A stretch of 64,000 nucleotides of DNA from Nitrospina sp. (GTDB taxonomy: Bacteria > Nitrospinota > Nitrospinia > Nitrospinales > VA-1): NCBI GenBank assembly GCA_018697205.1, contig JABHTG010000138.1, positions 23,940 to 87,939 of the forward strand, in the 5' to 3' direction. This document shows, one piece after another, positions 29,549 to 38,355 of this stretch (positions within the stretch are counted from its first letter, which is position 1; each line of letters opens with the position of its first letter). The translations under genes were made by a program, and so were the position numbers. The notes beneath the pieces are model-generated. The model did no database searches and was not told where the DNA came from. It saw only the letters and a list, made by a program, of their open reading frames with translations.

Positions 29549-31675
29549 TTATTCTGCCATCTGTGGAGTAGCTTGGGGAGCAACTTTATCAGTTTTTTTC
29601 TTTGACTTTGGATACTTTATGCCCAACCAGATGATGCAAGTCATTATGATAAAGAAAGTCCAAACGATAGTAGTTACATGGAAACCAGATTCTGCTAATG
29701 TTGGTGCAAATTTCTCCGGAGTGACGTCTTTGTAAACTTTGTAGACGTGCCAATTCATTCTAGAAAGTGAGCGTATAGTTCCCATCCAGCTCATTAACCA
29801 TATATCAGCAAATCCTAGAAAGATGAGACAATAGATACCAAGTGGATTGATCTTACCGTAATGAACTTTTCCTGTTTTAGTTGCTATTGTATAAAATATA
29901 TAGTTTACAAAAGTCACTGTAACTAGTGCAAAGGCAGCCGTATTTTTAGAAATCATCAAGGCAAGAAATGCTAGATTGTCAGGTAATACCATTGATGAAT
30001 CCATTCCAGGCTCAGGCATCATGGTTGCAAAGAAACGCCTTGGTGTGAACCAGATTGTAGCGGCAATTACAATCAGCACAAAACCAAATTTCATAGCAGG
30101 GAAAAAGCGTTCAGCCTTTTCTATCCGCTGCATACTTACCCACATATATATATTACTCATACTAAACATTGTCCCAACAAGCAGGCCTTGAACTAACATG
30201 AACATTGACTCACGATCAGACATGATATACATGCCGATGGTGGCATCGTACTGATAAATTTCACGGACAAAAATGTAGCCCATCGCTGGTAGTGGAATCA
30301 TTATTGCGACACCTATAATGTTCCCTATATAACCGACCCAGTCGTAATATTCTTTTTCTTCTTTTTTTTCAGACCAAAGGTACATGTAAGCACCAATAAC
30401 GCAAACCATATATCCGCCAAATGTTCCATTGCCGACGAGCCGATGGTAGTTAAGTGGCATCCAACCAGCATTTGTTACCTTGCTCCATTCGCTTATATTG
30501 GTTATTTGGTCTAGAGGTACAGGTGGTGTTTGCATGAATGTAGTTGGGCCATCCAATGCCACAAGCAACGATAACCCTAAAACGTTAAGAATCACTCCTA
30601 AAACAATGTGTCTACCCTTCTTGTTGCTTTTATTCAATGGATCCCATGAGTACACGTATATGTACATGATGACCGTTTCTAATATGAAAAGGGTGGGATA
30701 AATTACCATGAAAAGAACAGGAAAAGACGATACAAGATAAGAGATGAAATCACTATAAATCACTAACATCACGAATAGGAACAAACCGCCTGATAGGGCT
30801 GTAAAGCTATAGGCAAAACCTATAACTTTTGTGACCTCGTGCGCTAGACGTTCAAATTTAAAATCGGATTCGGCAAACATGATACCGTTGGCAAGAAGAC
30901 CTCCAACTAAACCATTCACTGCGGCAAGAATTATTCCATCGGCATGTAATGTATCGACAGGTGTTAGGGCGCAGGCAATAACTGTTCCAACGATAGTTCC
31001 AATTACGCCTGAAACTTTTAAATTCATGCATCTGTGAAAATAATTCAGAAAACTAACAGCGAGAGCTCCAAAGGCGCAAGCCCACATACCAAATAGCACA
31101 CCATGATGGATTCCAACAATTACCTCAAATGTTATTCCTATAACTACCCCTATAAGTACTCCAAGGAAAACATTGGACAAGATGATAGCTTTTCTAACAC
31201 CTTGAGTACGGCGCGCTCCCATCACTTCCATGATTACAACGAACATTGGGCAACCAAGTATAAAGGAAGCAAATAGGATATGCATTTGGGCCGCAAACCA
31301 GGTAAATTTGCGATTGCTTAGCCCAAGGAAAGATACTTCTTCAAATTCATGATCTTTTGCCGGGCCAATATCTGTTAAATATGAAAGGTCTTCGCTTTCT
31401 TCCTCGCCATCGGCAGATTCTTCTCCATCACCTTCTTCTTCTTCATCTTCTTCATCTTCTTCATCTTCTTCATCTTCTTCATCTTCTTCATCTTCTTCAT
31501 CTTCTTCTTCTTCATCTGCATAAGCAGTTGATGGTCCATTTAAACTAAATAAGTATGATGCAGAAGCAGGTATGAAAGCAGGAGCCAAATGTCCCATTCC
31601 ATAGAAAAATATCAGAGCAATGAGGATGGTGAATACAGAATTTTTGGTTTTTGGTTTTTCAGGCGAATGATACAT
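29549..31675 (-). CDS. Cytochrome bd-like oxidase subunit I (CydA-like)
   Basis: QMHILFASFILG, MQTP, LNYHRLVGN and WMG.IR...R.NWHV; many TM helices; acidic N-terminal extension. Confidence 0.8.
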   Translation of the reverse strand: MYHSPEKPKTKNSVFTILIALIFFYGMGHLAPAFIPASASYLFSLNGPSTAYADEEEEDEEDEEDEEDEEDEEDEEDEEEEGDGEESADGEEESEDLSYLTDIGPAKDHEFEEVSFLGLSNRKFTWFAAQMHILFASFILGCPMFVVIMEVMGARRTQGVRKAIILSNVFLGVLIGVVIGITFEVIVGIHHGVLFGMWACAFGALAVSFLNYFHRCMNLKVSGVIGTIVGTVIACALTPVDTLHADGIILAAVNGLVGGLLANGIMFAESDFKFERLAHEVTKVIGFAYSFTALSGGLFLFVMLVIYSDFISYLVSSFPVLFMVIYPTLFILETVIMYIYVYSWDPLNKSNKKGRHIVLGVILNVLGLSLLVALDGPTTFMQTPPVPLDQITNISEWSKVTNAGWMPLNYHRLVGNGTFGGYMVCVIGAYMYLWSEKKEEKEYYDWVGYIGNIIGVAIMIPLPAMGYIFVREIYQYDATIGMYIMSDRESMFMLVQGLLVGTMFSMSNIYMWVSMQRIEKAERFFPAMKFGFVLIVIAATIWFTPRRFFATMMPEPGMDSSMVLPDNLAFLALMISKNTAAFALVTVTFVNYIFYTIATKTGKVHYGKINPLGIYCLIFLGFADIWLMSWMGTIRSLSRMNWHVYKVYKDVTPEKFAPTLAESGFHVTTIVWTFFIIMTCIIWLGIKYPKSKKKTDKVAPQATPQMAE
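31433..31516 (-). repeat. Coding tandem repeat (GATGAAGAA)x7 within a run of 28 Asp/Glu codons
   Basis: TTC/ATC periodicity on the + strand; protein reads DEEEE(DEE)7EE. Confidence 0.95.
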
Positions 31676-31913
31676 CGAGGCCTCTATTTATATATAAATG
31701 GAGTCTTTAAAAAAGTAGAATTTGTAAAGTAAAAATTGCGCTAATGAAAAGTAAAGTTGAAAGAAATATCACACGATTTTTCTAATGTCAAGGAGCTTTA
31801 AAGAGCATTTTTTTTTAACGGTTTGGGAGCCTTTGTACGCTTGGAGAAAGCCTTGAAGTCTTCTTAATCAGTGCAAGGGTTGTCATTAATACTTTTTGTT
31901 TTAAGATTAATTT

Positions 31914-32105
31914 TTATTCACTTTCGGCAATATCGTCCAGAGGCATAATAAGGAGGCCAAATCCCATTGCTGTGCTAAAAACAGAAAGAAGTCCGACGAA
32001 GACCTGAGGCCATTCGGCCGTTATATCTCGTACGGACCAAACAAATAAAAATCCTCCTATCACCATGAGTATTATTCCTAAAAACCTAATTTTCGTGCTA
32101 TTCAT
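31914..32105 (-). CDS. Small 2-TM membrane protein
   Basis: Probable start MNSTKIRF at 32105 (RBS GAGGG). Confidence 0.65.
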   Translation of the reverse strand: MNSTKIRFLGIILMVIGGFLFVWSVRDITAEWPQVFVGLLSVFSTAMGFGLLIMPLDDIAESE

Positions 32106-32109
32106 TGTA

Positions 32110-32388
32110 TTAATTACCCTCTGCTGTGGATTTTCTTTTACGGTCAATAAGGATTAAATTGCGGATATAAATAACTGAACCAAGACTTTGTCCGAGAATA
32201 AAAACTGGATCTTCCCTGTGAATTGCATACGTCAATAAAATAACACTTCCTATTATGCTGCAGTACCAGAAAGTAATGGGGATAGTGCTTTCTCCCTTTT
32301 TTTCGGAAACCAACCATTGAATTACAAACCTTGCTCCGAAGGCGATCTGACCTACAAATCCTATAACAAGCCAGTATGTTGCAGTCAT
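32110..32388 (-). CDS. Lipid-A-disaccharide synthase N-terminal (LAB_N) domain protein
   Basis: GFVGQ..F..RF.IQW..SEK, P..FW, DPVFILGQ and YIRNL. Confidence 0.88.
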   Translation of the reverse strand: MTATYWLVIGFVGQIAFGARFVIQWLVSEKKGESTIPITFWYCSIIGSVILLTYAIHREDPVFILGQSLGSVIYIRNLILIDRKRKSTAEGN

Positions 32389-32391
32389 TTT

Positions 32392-33132
32392 TTACCTTTC
32401 CTCAATAATATCATAATTAATTTGTCTTTTTTTCATCCAGCGTATCGCTAAGAGATCTTTAAATGAAGTAAATAGGCGATTACGGATGTTATATTTAGAG
32501 TAACCATGCATGCGGGGATAATGCCTCACTTTTACTTGAGTGACGCTAAATCCTTCCATTTTCATTAGTGTTGGGAAAAAGCGGTGCATTCCATTATACA
32601 ATTTAATATTTTTGAAACATGCTCGCCGAAATGCTTTGAGTGAGCAACCTGTGTCGGCTATGGATTCCTCGCTAAGGGTATTCCTCACAGAATTAGCTAT
32701 TTTTGAAGATAGTTTTTTAATCCAAGGGTCGTTACGCTTATGTCGCCATCCACAGACAACGTCAAATTCACTTATTTTCTCGAGTAGTATGGGGATATCA
32801 GCGGGGTCATTCTGTAAGTCTGCATCCATTGTAACAATAGTATCACCACGGGCTTTGCTAAAACCTGCTGCGAAAGCTGCTGTTTGTCCATGATTACTTC
32901 CAAACCGAATAAGGCGCAGATGAGGGTTTTTATCTTGTAATTTTCGTATTAGCTGAGCACTACCATCCACACTTCCGTCATCTACTAGGATGACTTCGTA
33001 GCTTTTATGAAGTGGTCCTATATTTTTTGTGATTTTTTCGTCAAGCAGGGTCAGGTTTTCTCTCTCGTTATAAACAGGGATAACGATTGAAATTTCAAGT
33101 CCTTGTGAATTAGTTAAGTCGGATATTTTCAT
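32392..33132 (-). CDS. GT2 glycosyltransferase (polyprenol-phosphate glycosyltransferase/ArnC-like)
   Basis: PVYNE, VDDGS.DGS, DADLQNDP, DTGCSLK and HRF.P. Likely start MKISDL at 33132. Confidence 0.88.
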   Translation of the reverse strand: MKISDLTNSQGLEISIVIPVYNERENLTLLDEKITKNIGPLHKSYEVILVDDGSVDGSAQLIRKLQDKNPHLRLIRFGSNHGQTAAFAAGFSKARGDTIVTMDADLQNDPADIPILLEKISEFDVVCGWRHKRNDPWIKKLSSKIANSVRNTLSEESIADTGCSLKAFRRACFKNIKLYNGMHRFFPTLMKMEGFSVTQVKVRHYPRMHGYSKYNIRNRLFTSFKDLLAIRWMKKRQINYDIIEER

Positions 33133-33134
33133 CG

Positions 33135-34187
33135 TTATACTAATACAGGTGATGGCTGTTGTGACGCTAGTTGTCCACATGCCCCAAGGATATCTGTTGC
33201 TCGATTTTGCCTTATAAAGACAGTATGGTTTTTTGACATGAGATATTGCTGAAATGTGTGAGCTCGCTCTTTGCTAGGAGGTCGAAACTTAGATTCGGAG
33301 AATTTATTGAATAAAATTAAATTTACTTTGCAGGGAATGCCGTGCAGTAACCTAGATAAACGTTTAGCATCTTCATCACTATCATTTATTCCTTTCAGTA
33401 GAACGTATTCGAATGTAAATCGTCGAGATGGCTTAAGCGGATATTCTCGCAAACAGTTTATCAATTCTTCGATTGGGTATTTTTTATTTATAGGCATAAT
33501 TTCCTCGCGCGTTTCATTATCTGTAGCATTCAGAGATATTGCAAGGTTCACATGTAGGTCTTCGTTTTTAAATTTTTGAATAAGTTCAACTTGTCCGGCT
33601 GTAGATAAAGTGATTTTACGAGAGGATAACCTTAAGGCCTCTGGCATAATCATAATCCTTATAGAATCAATGGTAGCGTCATAATTATCTAGAGGCTCGC
33701 CCATCCCCATGAATACGATATTAGTTATCTGGTTTTGCTCTGATAGAGAGTTATTTACAGCTATGCATTGTCCGATAATTTCATCGCTTGAAAGATTTCG
33801 CTTCAGACCCATTGTTCCTGTCATACAAAAAGCGCATGCAAGGCGGCATCCAACCTGACTTGATATACATAAGGTTTTTCGCTTTTCTGCAGGCATCCAA
33901 ACACTTTCAATTGTTAATCCATCTTTTAGCTCGAATAGATATTTAATTGAACCATCTTGCGATCTAGTTTTACTTAGTATTTGAGGTACAGAAATATAAA
34001 AATGTGCTTTTAATAGTATCCGTAACGATTTAGATAAATTAGACATATGGTCAAAATCATAAAGCTTATAGTGGTATATCCATATAAATACTTGGTGCGC
34101 GCGATATGGTTTAATTCCGTGTTTGATTAAAAAATCTTGGAGATATGAATAGGGAAAGCCAATCAAATTATTTTGTTTCATTAACAT
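33135..34187 (-). CDS. rlmN: 23S rRNA m2A2503/tRNA methyltransferase
   Basis: CISSQVGCRLACAFC, VFMGMGEP and C-terminal ACGQL. Confidence 0.95.
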   Translation of the reverse strand: MLMKQNNLIGFPYSYLQDFLIKHGIKPYRAHQVFIWIYHYKLYDFDHMSNLSKSLRILLKAHFYISVPQILSKTRSQDGSIKYLFELKDGLTIESVWMPAEKRKTLCISSQVGCRLACAFCMTGTMGLKRNLSSDEIIGQCIAVNNSLSEQNQITNIVFMGMGEPLDNYDATIDSIRIMIMPEALRLSSRKITLSTAGQVELIQKFKNEDLHVNLAISLNATDNETREEIMPINKKYPIEELINCLREYPLKPSRRFTFEYVLLKGINDSDEDAKRLSRLLHGIPCKVNLILFNKFSESKFRPPSKERAHTFQQYLMSKNHTVFIRQNRATDILGACGQLASQQPSPVLV

Positions 34188-34374
34188 AACTTAGAAGATT
34201 TTAAACATATTCAAAAAAGGGTGCGTTTTCGCTGTTTAAGTATTTCGGTGAGATCAATACTGAAAGGGTCACCGACAGAAAAGAATTGAGTTTAATATAA
34301 TTTATGTTTGATAAATAAGCTATATGTTTGCTTTGTTTATTTCTAAATTTTTAATTTCCATTTCTGAGGTAGGC

Positions 34375-35163
34375 CTATATGGGGTAAAACTTTGCTAGGA
34401 TGTAGGTTACAATCGTCAAGCTGATGAAAGAAATGAAAAGGGAACACCCAGCAAGTCCTAGGACTGGAGATGGGGTTTTTTGAAGGTTTCTATTTCTTAG
34501 CCACAGTAGTGTAATAATAATACAGACTAGAGATGCTGTGATCGCAGTCCAAGAAAGTGTAAGAACCTTTGGACTGAAAACTATATTATCATTTACATGA
34601 TTTAGGATTGCGATAGCCCACCCTAATGCAGGTAAACTGATAAAATAGGAAGTTAGACAATGATTATTTTCTTTTCCTTTATATTTAGAAACAAAACGAA
34701 GACCTAGAATAATAAGGGAGAACAAAAGAAAGGAAATTAGTAGAGTATTTGTTTTTTGTTTTGCTTTTTCGCTACGGATGAAGTTAAGCGCTCCAAGGAC
34801 GTACTTAGAAGCTTCTACCTCATCTGCTTCGTAATATCCCCCCTGACTAGTATCGGAAATAAAAACTCTTGCAGTGGATGATTCCGCAGGGAGAGATATC
34901 GCTCTATATTCGTTTTTACTAGCGGAGCGAATTTCAAGATAAACGATACCAGTGTGATATTTTAGATTATAGTTTGCGAGCTGGGCCAATTTATTTGCAT
35001 ACTTACCGTGCTTGTCGTGATAGGTTTCCTGAGCTTTAATTAGATCGTAAAGTGCTTTGCGTGCCATCACATCGTAATTATTTTCAAAAATTGTAGTGCA
35101 TGATGTAAGGCTAACCAAAAATATGAATAAAATTAGGTGCTTTTTTATTACGGGTAAACGCAT
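34375..35163 (-). CDS. Hypothetical lipoprotein with pilin-like domain and C-terminal TM helices
   Basis: Lipobox LTSC; ALYDLIKAQETYH...KYA..L..L; four TM segments. Confidence 0.6.
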   Translation of the reverse strand: MRLPVIKKHLILFIFLVSLTSCTTIFENNYDVMARKALYDLIKAQETYHDKHGKYANKLAQLANYNLKYHTGIVYLEIRSASKNEYRAISLPAESSTARVFISDTSQGGYYEADEVEASKYVLGALNFIRSEKAKQKTNTLLISFLLFSLIILGLRFVSKYKGKENNHCLTSYFISLPALGWAIAILNHVNDNIVFSPKVLTLSWTAITASLVCIIITLLWLRNRNLQKTPSPVLGLAGCSLFISFISLTIVTYILAKFYPI

Positions 35164-35268
35164 AACAGAATTTATTAGGTTCAGGTTGCAGCTTTATGTT
35201 TTTAGGTAATAGAATCCCGAATTTATATCATGCGTTTGCCATTCAGGCAAGCTTAGGGGGGACATAGA

Positions 35269-35817
35269 ATGTTGAAGAAATTAAAATTTGTTACCAGTAA
35301 TGAAGATAAGGTTAGAGAAGCTTCAGATATTTTGGAGTGTTCTCTCGATCAGGTTTCTGGATTAAATATACATGAAATACAGGATAGCGATATAAAAAAA
35401 ATAGTCGCTCACAAAGCTCAGCAAGCCTTTGATGAGCTTAGGTGTCCCATTTTGGTAGAAGATTCAGGACTGATTTTTACCGCATGGAATGGACTTCCCG
35501 GAGCGCTGGTAAAGTGGTTTGAAATTAGTGTTGGTTGTCAGGGTTTATTGAAAATGCTAGAAGGGTTTGAAAATCGAGAGGCCTTTGCAGTCTGCGTGGT
35601 AGCTATTTTTGATGGGCAGAAAATGCTTATAGCTGAGGGTGAAAAAAAAGGAACAATTTCGCATAGTACTCGTGGTAAAAATGGTTTTGGATGGGATGTT
35701 ATATTTATCCCGGAACATCACAAAAAAACTTACGCTGAAATGAACTTCAAAGAAAAAAATGCCATTTCGCACCGACGGATGGCATTTGAAAAGTTGAATA
35801 CAAAAATTAATATATAG
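35269..35817 (+). CDS. rdgB: Non-canonical purine NTP pyrophosphatase (RdgB/HAM1)
   Basis: TSN..K..E, EDSGL...AWNGLPG, FGWD.IF and KN.ISHR. Confidence 0.9.
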   Translation: MLKKLKFVTSNEDKVREASDILECSLDQVSGLNIHEIQDSDIKKIVAHKAQQAFDELRCPILVEDSGLIFTAWNGLPGALVKWFEISVGCQGLLKMLEGFENREAFAVCVVAIFDGQKMLIAEGEKKGTISHSTRGKNGFGWDVIFIPEHHKKTYAEMNFKEKNAISHRRMAFEKLNTKINI

Positions 35818-35961
35818 GATTTTATCTAAGCGAGATTTAAGTATTTAGGTGTTGTTACTCTTTGCCTAACTTTATCTTTCTGGAACTATTGGTTTAATTG
35901 TCGTATAGTTGGTTTTTTATAGAACTCTCATGTTTGATTATTCTTAAAGAGGCTAAAATTA

Positions 35962-36321
35962 ATGAAAGAAAAGGCTTATGTAGTTAAGATTGCTTCATTA
36001 ACGTTTGCTATTGCTATTATCTTTGCAGGAACTATTGGTTGTGGTAAACCAGGAAGTGTTCTTAATTGGTATCCGAAGGCTGAAAAAATGGACGGTAAAA
36101 TGACCTCTGCGTTAGAGCATGAAATTGTTGTCGATAAATTTGATCTTAATGATACAGTCGTTATAAAGGGTGATGACAAAAATTTGAGCCGTCGCTGGTG
36201 GGTTGAGGTTGATTGTGATTATTGGGCTGGTTGTTTTATGCGATGCGAAGGCTCGAAACAACAATGCCTCAAGATAGCTGAGGATTCTGACTTTACTGTG
36301 AATTCTATTGCTCCCTTTTAA
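35962..36321 (+). CDS. Hypothetical Cys-rich lipoprotein
   Basis: Lipobox TIGC; CDYWAGCFMRCEGSKQQC. Confidence 0.65.
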   Translation: MKEKAYVVKIASLTFAIAIIFAGTIGCGKPGSVLNWYPKAEKMDGKMTSALEHEIVVDKFDLNDTVVIKGDDKNLSRRWWVEVDCDYWAGCFMRCEGSKQQCLKIAEDSDFTVNSIAPF

Positions 36322-36344
36322 TGGAATAAGTGTTTACTTGATTC

Positions 36345-37733
36345 ATGGCACTAATTTTTACTGTTGATGATGATGCTAATATTAGAGGCTTGATTAAGGC
36401 TTTGTTAGAAGACCGTGGCCATGAAGTTGTGGCTTTGGAGAATGGAAAACAGTGCCTTGATCGACTCGATGAGAATCCTTCCGTAGTTTTTCTTGATGTT
36501 GCCATGCCTATGATGGATGGCATGGAAATATTAAAATCTATAAAGAATTTAAAAAATGACTTGCCAGTTATAATGGTAACGGCTTTTGATGTTACAGACT
36601 CTGCCGTTAAGGCCATGAAGCTTGGGGCATTCGATTATATTGTTAAGCCTTTTGATGAACTTCGTCTTTTTTCTGTTTTGGATAAGGCTATAGAACAAAC
36701 TACTTTGGTCGGGCAGGTACGCTATCTTCAAGGTGAGTTAAGTAAAGTGCAGGGTGTTAGGAATATTGTAGGCAAAAGTTTGGCTTTGACAGATACCTTA
36801 AGCAAAATTAAAAAGGTTGGTAGTAGTAATGCGGGAGTTCTACTTCTTGGTGAGAGTGGTACCGGAAAAGAATTAATGGCACGAGCCATTCATGAGAATA
36901 GTCGTTTTTCTAAGGGGCTATTTGTTGATATCAATTGTGGAGCGATTCCTGAGAACTTACAGGAAAGTGAGCTCTTCGGACATAACAAAGGTTCTTTTAC
37001 GGGAGCAACTGAGTCTCGTAAGGGAAGGTTGGAACTAGCGGATGAAGGGACTCTTTTTCTTGATGAAGTTGCAGAGATGTCTTTGAATACTCAAGTCAAA
37101 TTCCTGCGTTATCTCCAAGAAAAAAGCTTTGAGCGAGTAGGAGCTGTGAAAAAAATATTCACTAACACACGAGTAATAGCTGCTACTAATAAAGACCTTC
37201 TAGAAAAAGTTAATGACGGATCTTTTCGTGAAGATTTATATTATCGACTGGCGGTTTTCCCAATTAAAGTTCCACCTTTGAGGGAACGCAAGGAGGATAT
37301 ACCAAGTCTTGCGGCTCATTTTGTAGATAATTTTAAAAAAGAATTTGGAAAAAAGACTTTTTCGATTACCCCTGAGGCAATGAATATACTTATGAATTAT
37401 TTTTGGCCTGGAAATGTACGCGAGTTACAAAATGTTATTTATCAAGTAATGATAATGGCAGAGTCGGGTAGTATTGATATCGATACCTTGCCGGAAAACC
37501 TGAGAAGCGTAAATTCTAAAAAAAACCATATTGCTACTACGCCTCAATATGGCTCCAGTCTAGCAGGTTCTATCGACCCTTTTGAGGATTCAATAAGGCA
37601 AGTTCTACAAAGAGCTTTAGAACTTACTAATGGAGATATCCCAGAGACTGCAAAACAATTAAAATTAAGTCGGTCTAGTTTTTATAGAATGGTACAAAAA
37701 TATGACCTTACAAAACCTGCCCCTAAGAATTAA
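36345..37733 (+). CDS. Sigma54-dependent response regulator (NtrC/AtoC family)
   Basis: REC domain (VDDD, LD..MP), GESGTGKE, GSFTGA, LFLDEV, WPGNVREL and C-terminal Fis-type HTH. Confidence 0.95.
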   Translation: MALIFTVDDDANIRGLIKALLEDRGHEVVALENGKQCLDRLDENPSVVFLDVAMPMMDGMEILKSIKNLKNDLPVIMVTAFDVTDSAVKAMKLGAFDYIVKPFDELRLFSVLDKAIEQTTLVGQVRYLQGELSKVQGVRNIVGKSLALTDTLSKIKKVGSSNAGVLLLGESGTGKELMARAIHENSRFSKGLFVDINCGAIPENLQESELFGHNKGSFTGATESRKGRLELADEGTLFLDEVAEMSLNTQVKFLRYLQEKSFERVGAVKKIFTNTRVIAATNKDLLEKVNDGSFREDLYYRLAVFPIKVPPLRERKEDIPSLAAHFVDNFKKEFGKKTFSITPEAMNILMNYFWPGNVRELQNVIYQVMIMAESGSIDIDTLPENLRSVNSKKNHIATTPQYGSSLAGSIDPFEDSIRQVLQRALELTNGDIPETAKQLKLSRSSFYRMVQKYDLTKPAPKN

Positions 37734-37797
37734 TTCATAGAAATTTACTTAATCCTAAATTATTTTAAATAAAATTTGTACTTAATTTGTTCTTAGA

Positions 37798-37827
37798 ATC
37801 CCTAAAATGGAATTCCATTTATGGGAT
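37798..37827. promoter_or_regulatory. 30-bp imperfect palindrome, candidate enhancer (UAS)
   Basis: ATCCCTAAAATGGAATTCCATTTATGGGAT; 26 of 30 positions symmetric; centre about 98 bp upstream of a -24 GG. Confidence 0.55.
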
Positions 37828-37909
37828 ACTTTACTTTCCTTATACACAATAACTAGAAATTTATTTAATAATTAGGCTCTTAGTGAATACTGAGTTGAGG
37901 GGCTCTTTT

Positions 37910-37925
37910 CGGCACAGGTATTGCT
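37910..37925 (+). promoter_or_regulatory. Sigma54 (-24/-12) promoter
   Basis: CGGCAC-AGGTA-TTGCT matches YGGCAC-N5-TTGCW. Confidence 0.75.
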
Positions 37926-37996
37926 TAGTTATTGTAGAAACATGATCATCTATAACATCTAAAGATGCTGGCTGACTATAAGATTGGAGTGAGTAA

Positions 37997-38218
37997 ATGG
38001 ATTATGTTGTTCGAACATTAGATACCGACGGAAAACTAAAAAAGGAGCGCCTCATGTTTTATTCAGTTCGTATTTTAGACAAGGATGGAATTCTTAAAAA
38101 GGTGGTAAAAGAAAAATTACTTAGTGAAAAGTATTGGGAGTCGTTTTTAAGTAAACCGGGTAGCATAAAGGCTAAAAAAAGTAATATTAATTTTAGGTCA
38201 AACGCGACAAAGGGATAA
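37997..38218 (+). CDS. Small basic hypothetical protein with internal duplication and a second in-frame start (38054)
   Basis: RBS GGAG at ATG37997 and AAGGAG at ATG38054; YVVRTLDTDGKLKK and YSVRILDKDGILKK. Confidence 0.7.
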   Translation: MDYVVRTLDTDGKLKKERLMFYSVRILDKDGILKKVVKEKLLSEKYWESFLSKPGSIKAKKSNINFRSNATKG

Positions 38219-38284
38219 TGTAAGGTTCATATTTTTGAAATCACATCGTCTTTAAGTTTTTTTTCTTAAATTATCTATCCCTCC

Positions 38285-38339
38285 TGCACCAAATGTCTGA
38301 GTTGAAAGATTTACTTTCTTTCGGCTCGGACCCGGTGCA
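38285..38339 (+). ncRNA. Candidate structured RNA element (long G.U-containing hairpin)
   Basis: TGCACC/GGTGCA outer stem plus a 15-bp inner stem with three U.G pairs; 7-nt loop. Confidence 0.45.
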
Positions 38340-38355
38340 AAAAATTTTATTATTA

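Noticed and set aside
31433-31516. Possible CRISPR-like repeat array
   Set aside because: Contiguous 9-bp units without spacers, inside a CDS, and no cas genes in the window.
31357-31548. ORF with (HLL)n repeats
   Set aside because: Antisense reading of the (GATGAAGAA)n acidic repeat.
34230-34275. TCGGTGA/TCACCGA inverted repeat upstream of rlmN
   Set aside because: Only 7 bp with a weak interior; not enough to call an element.
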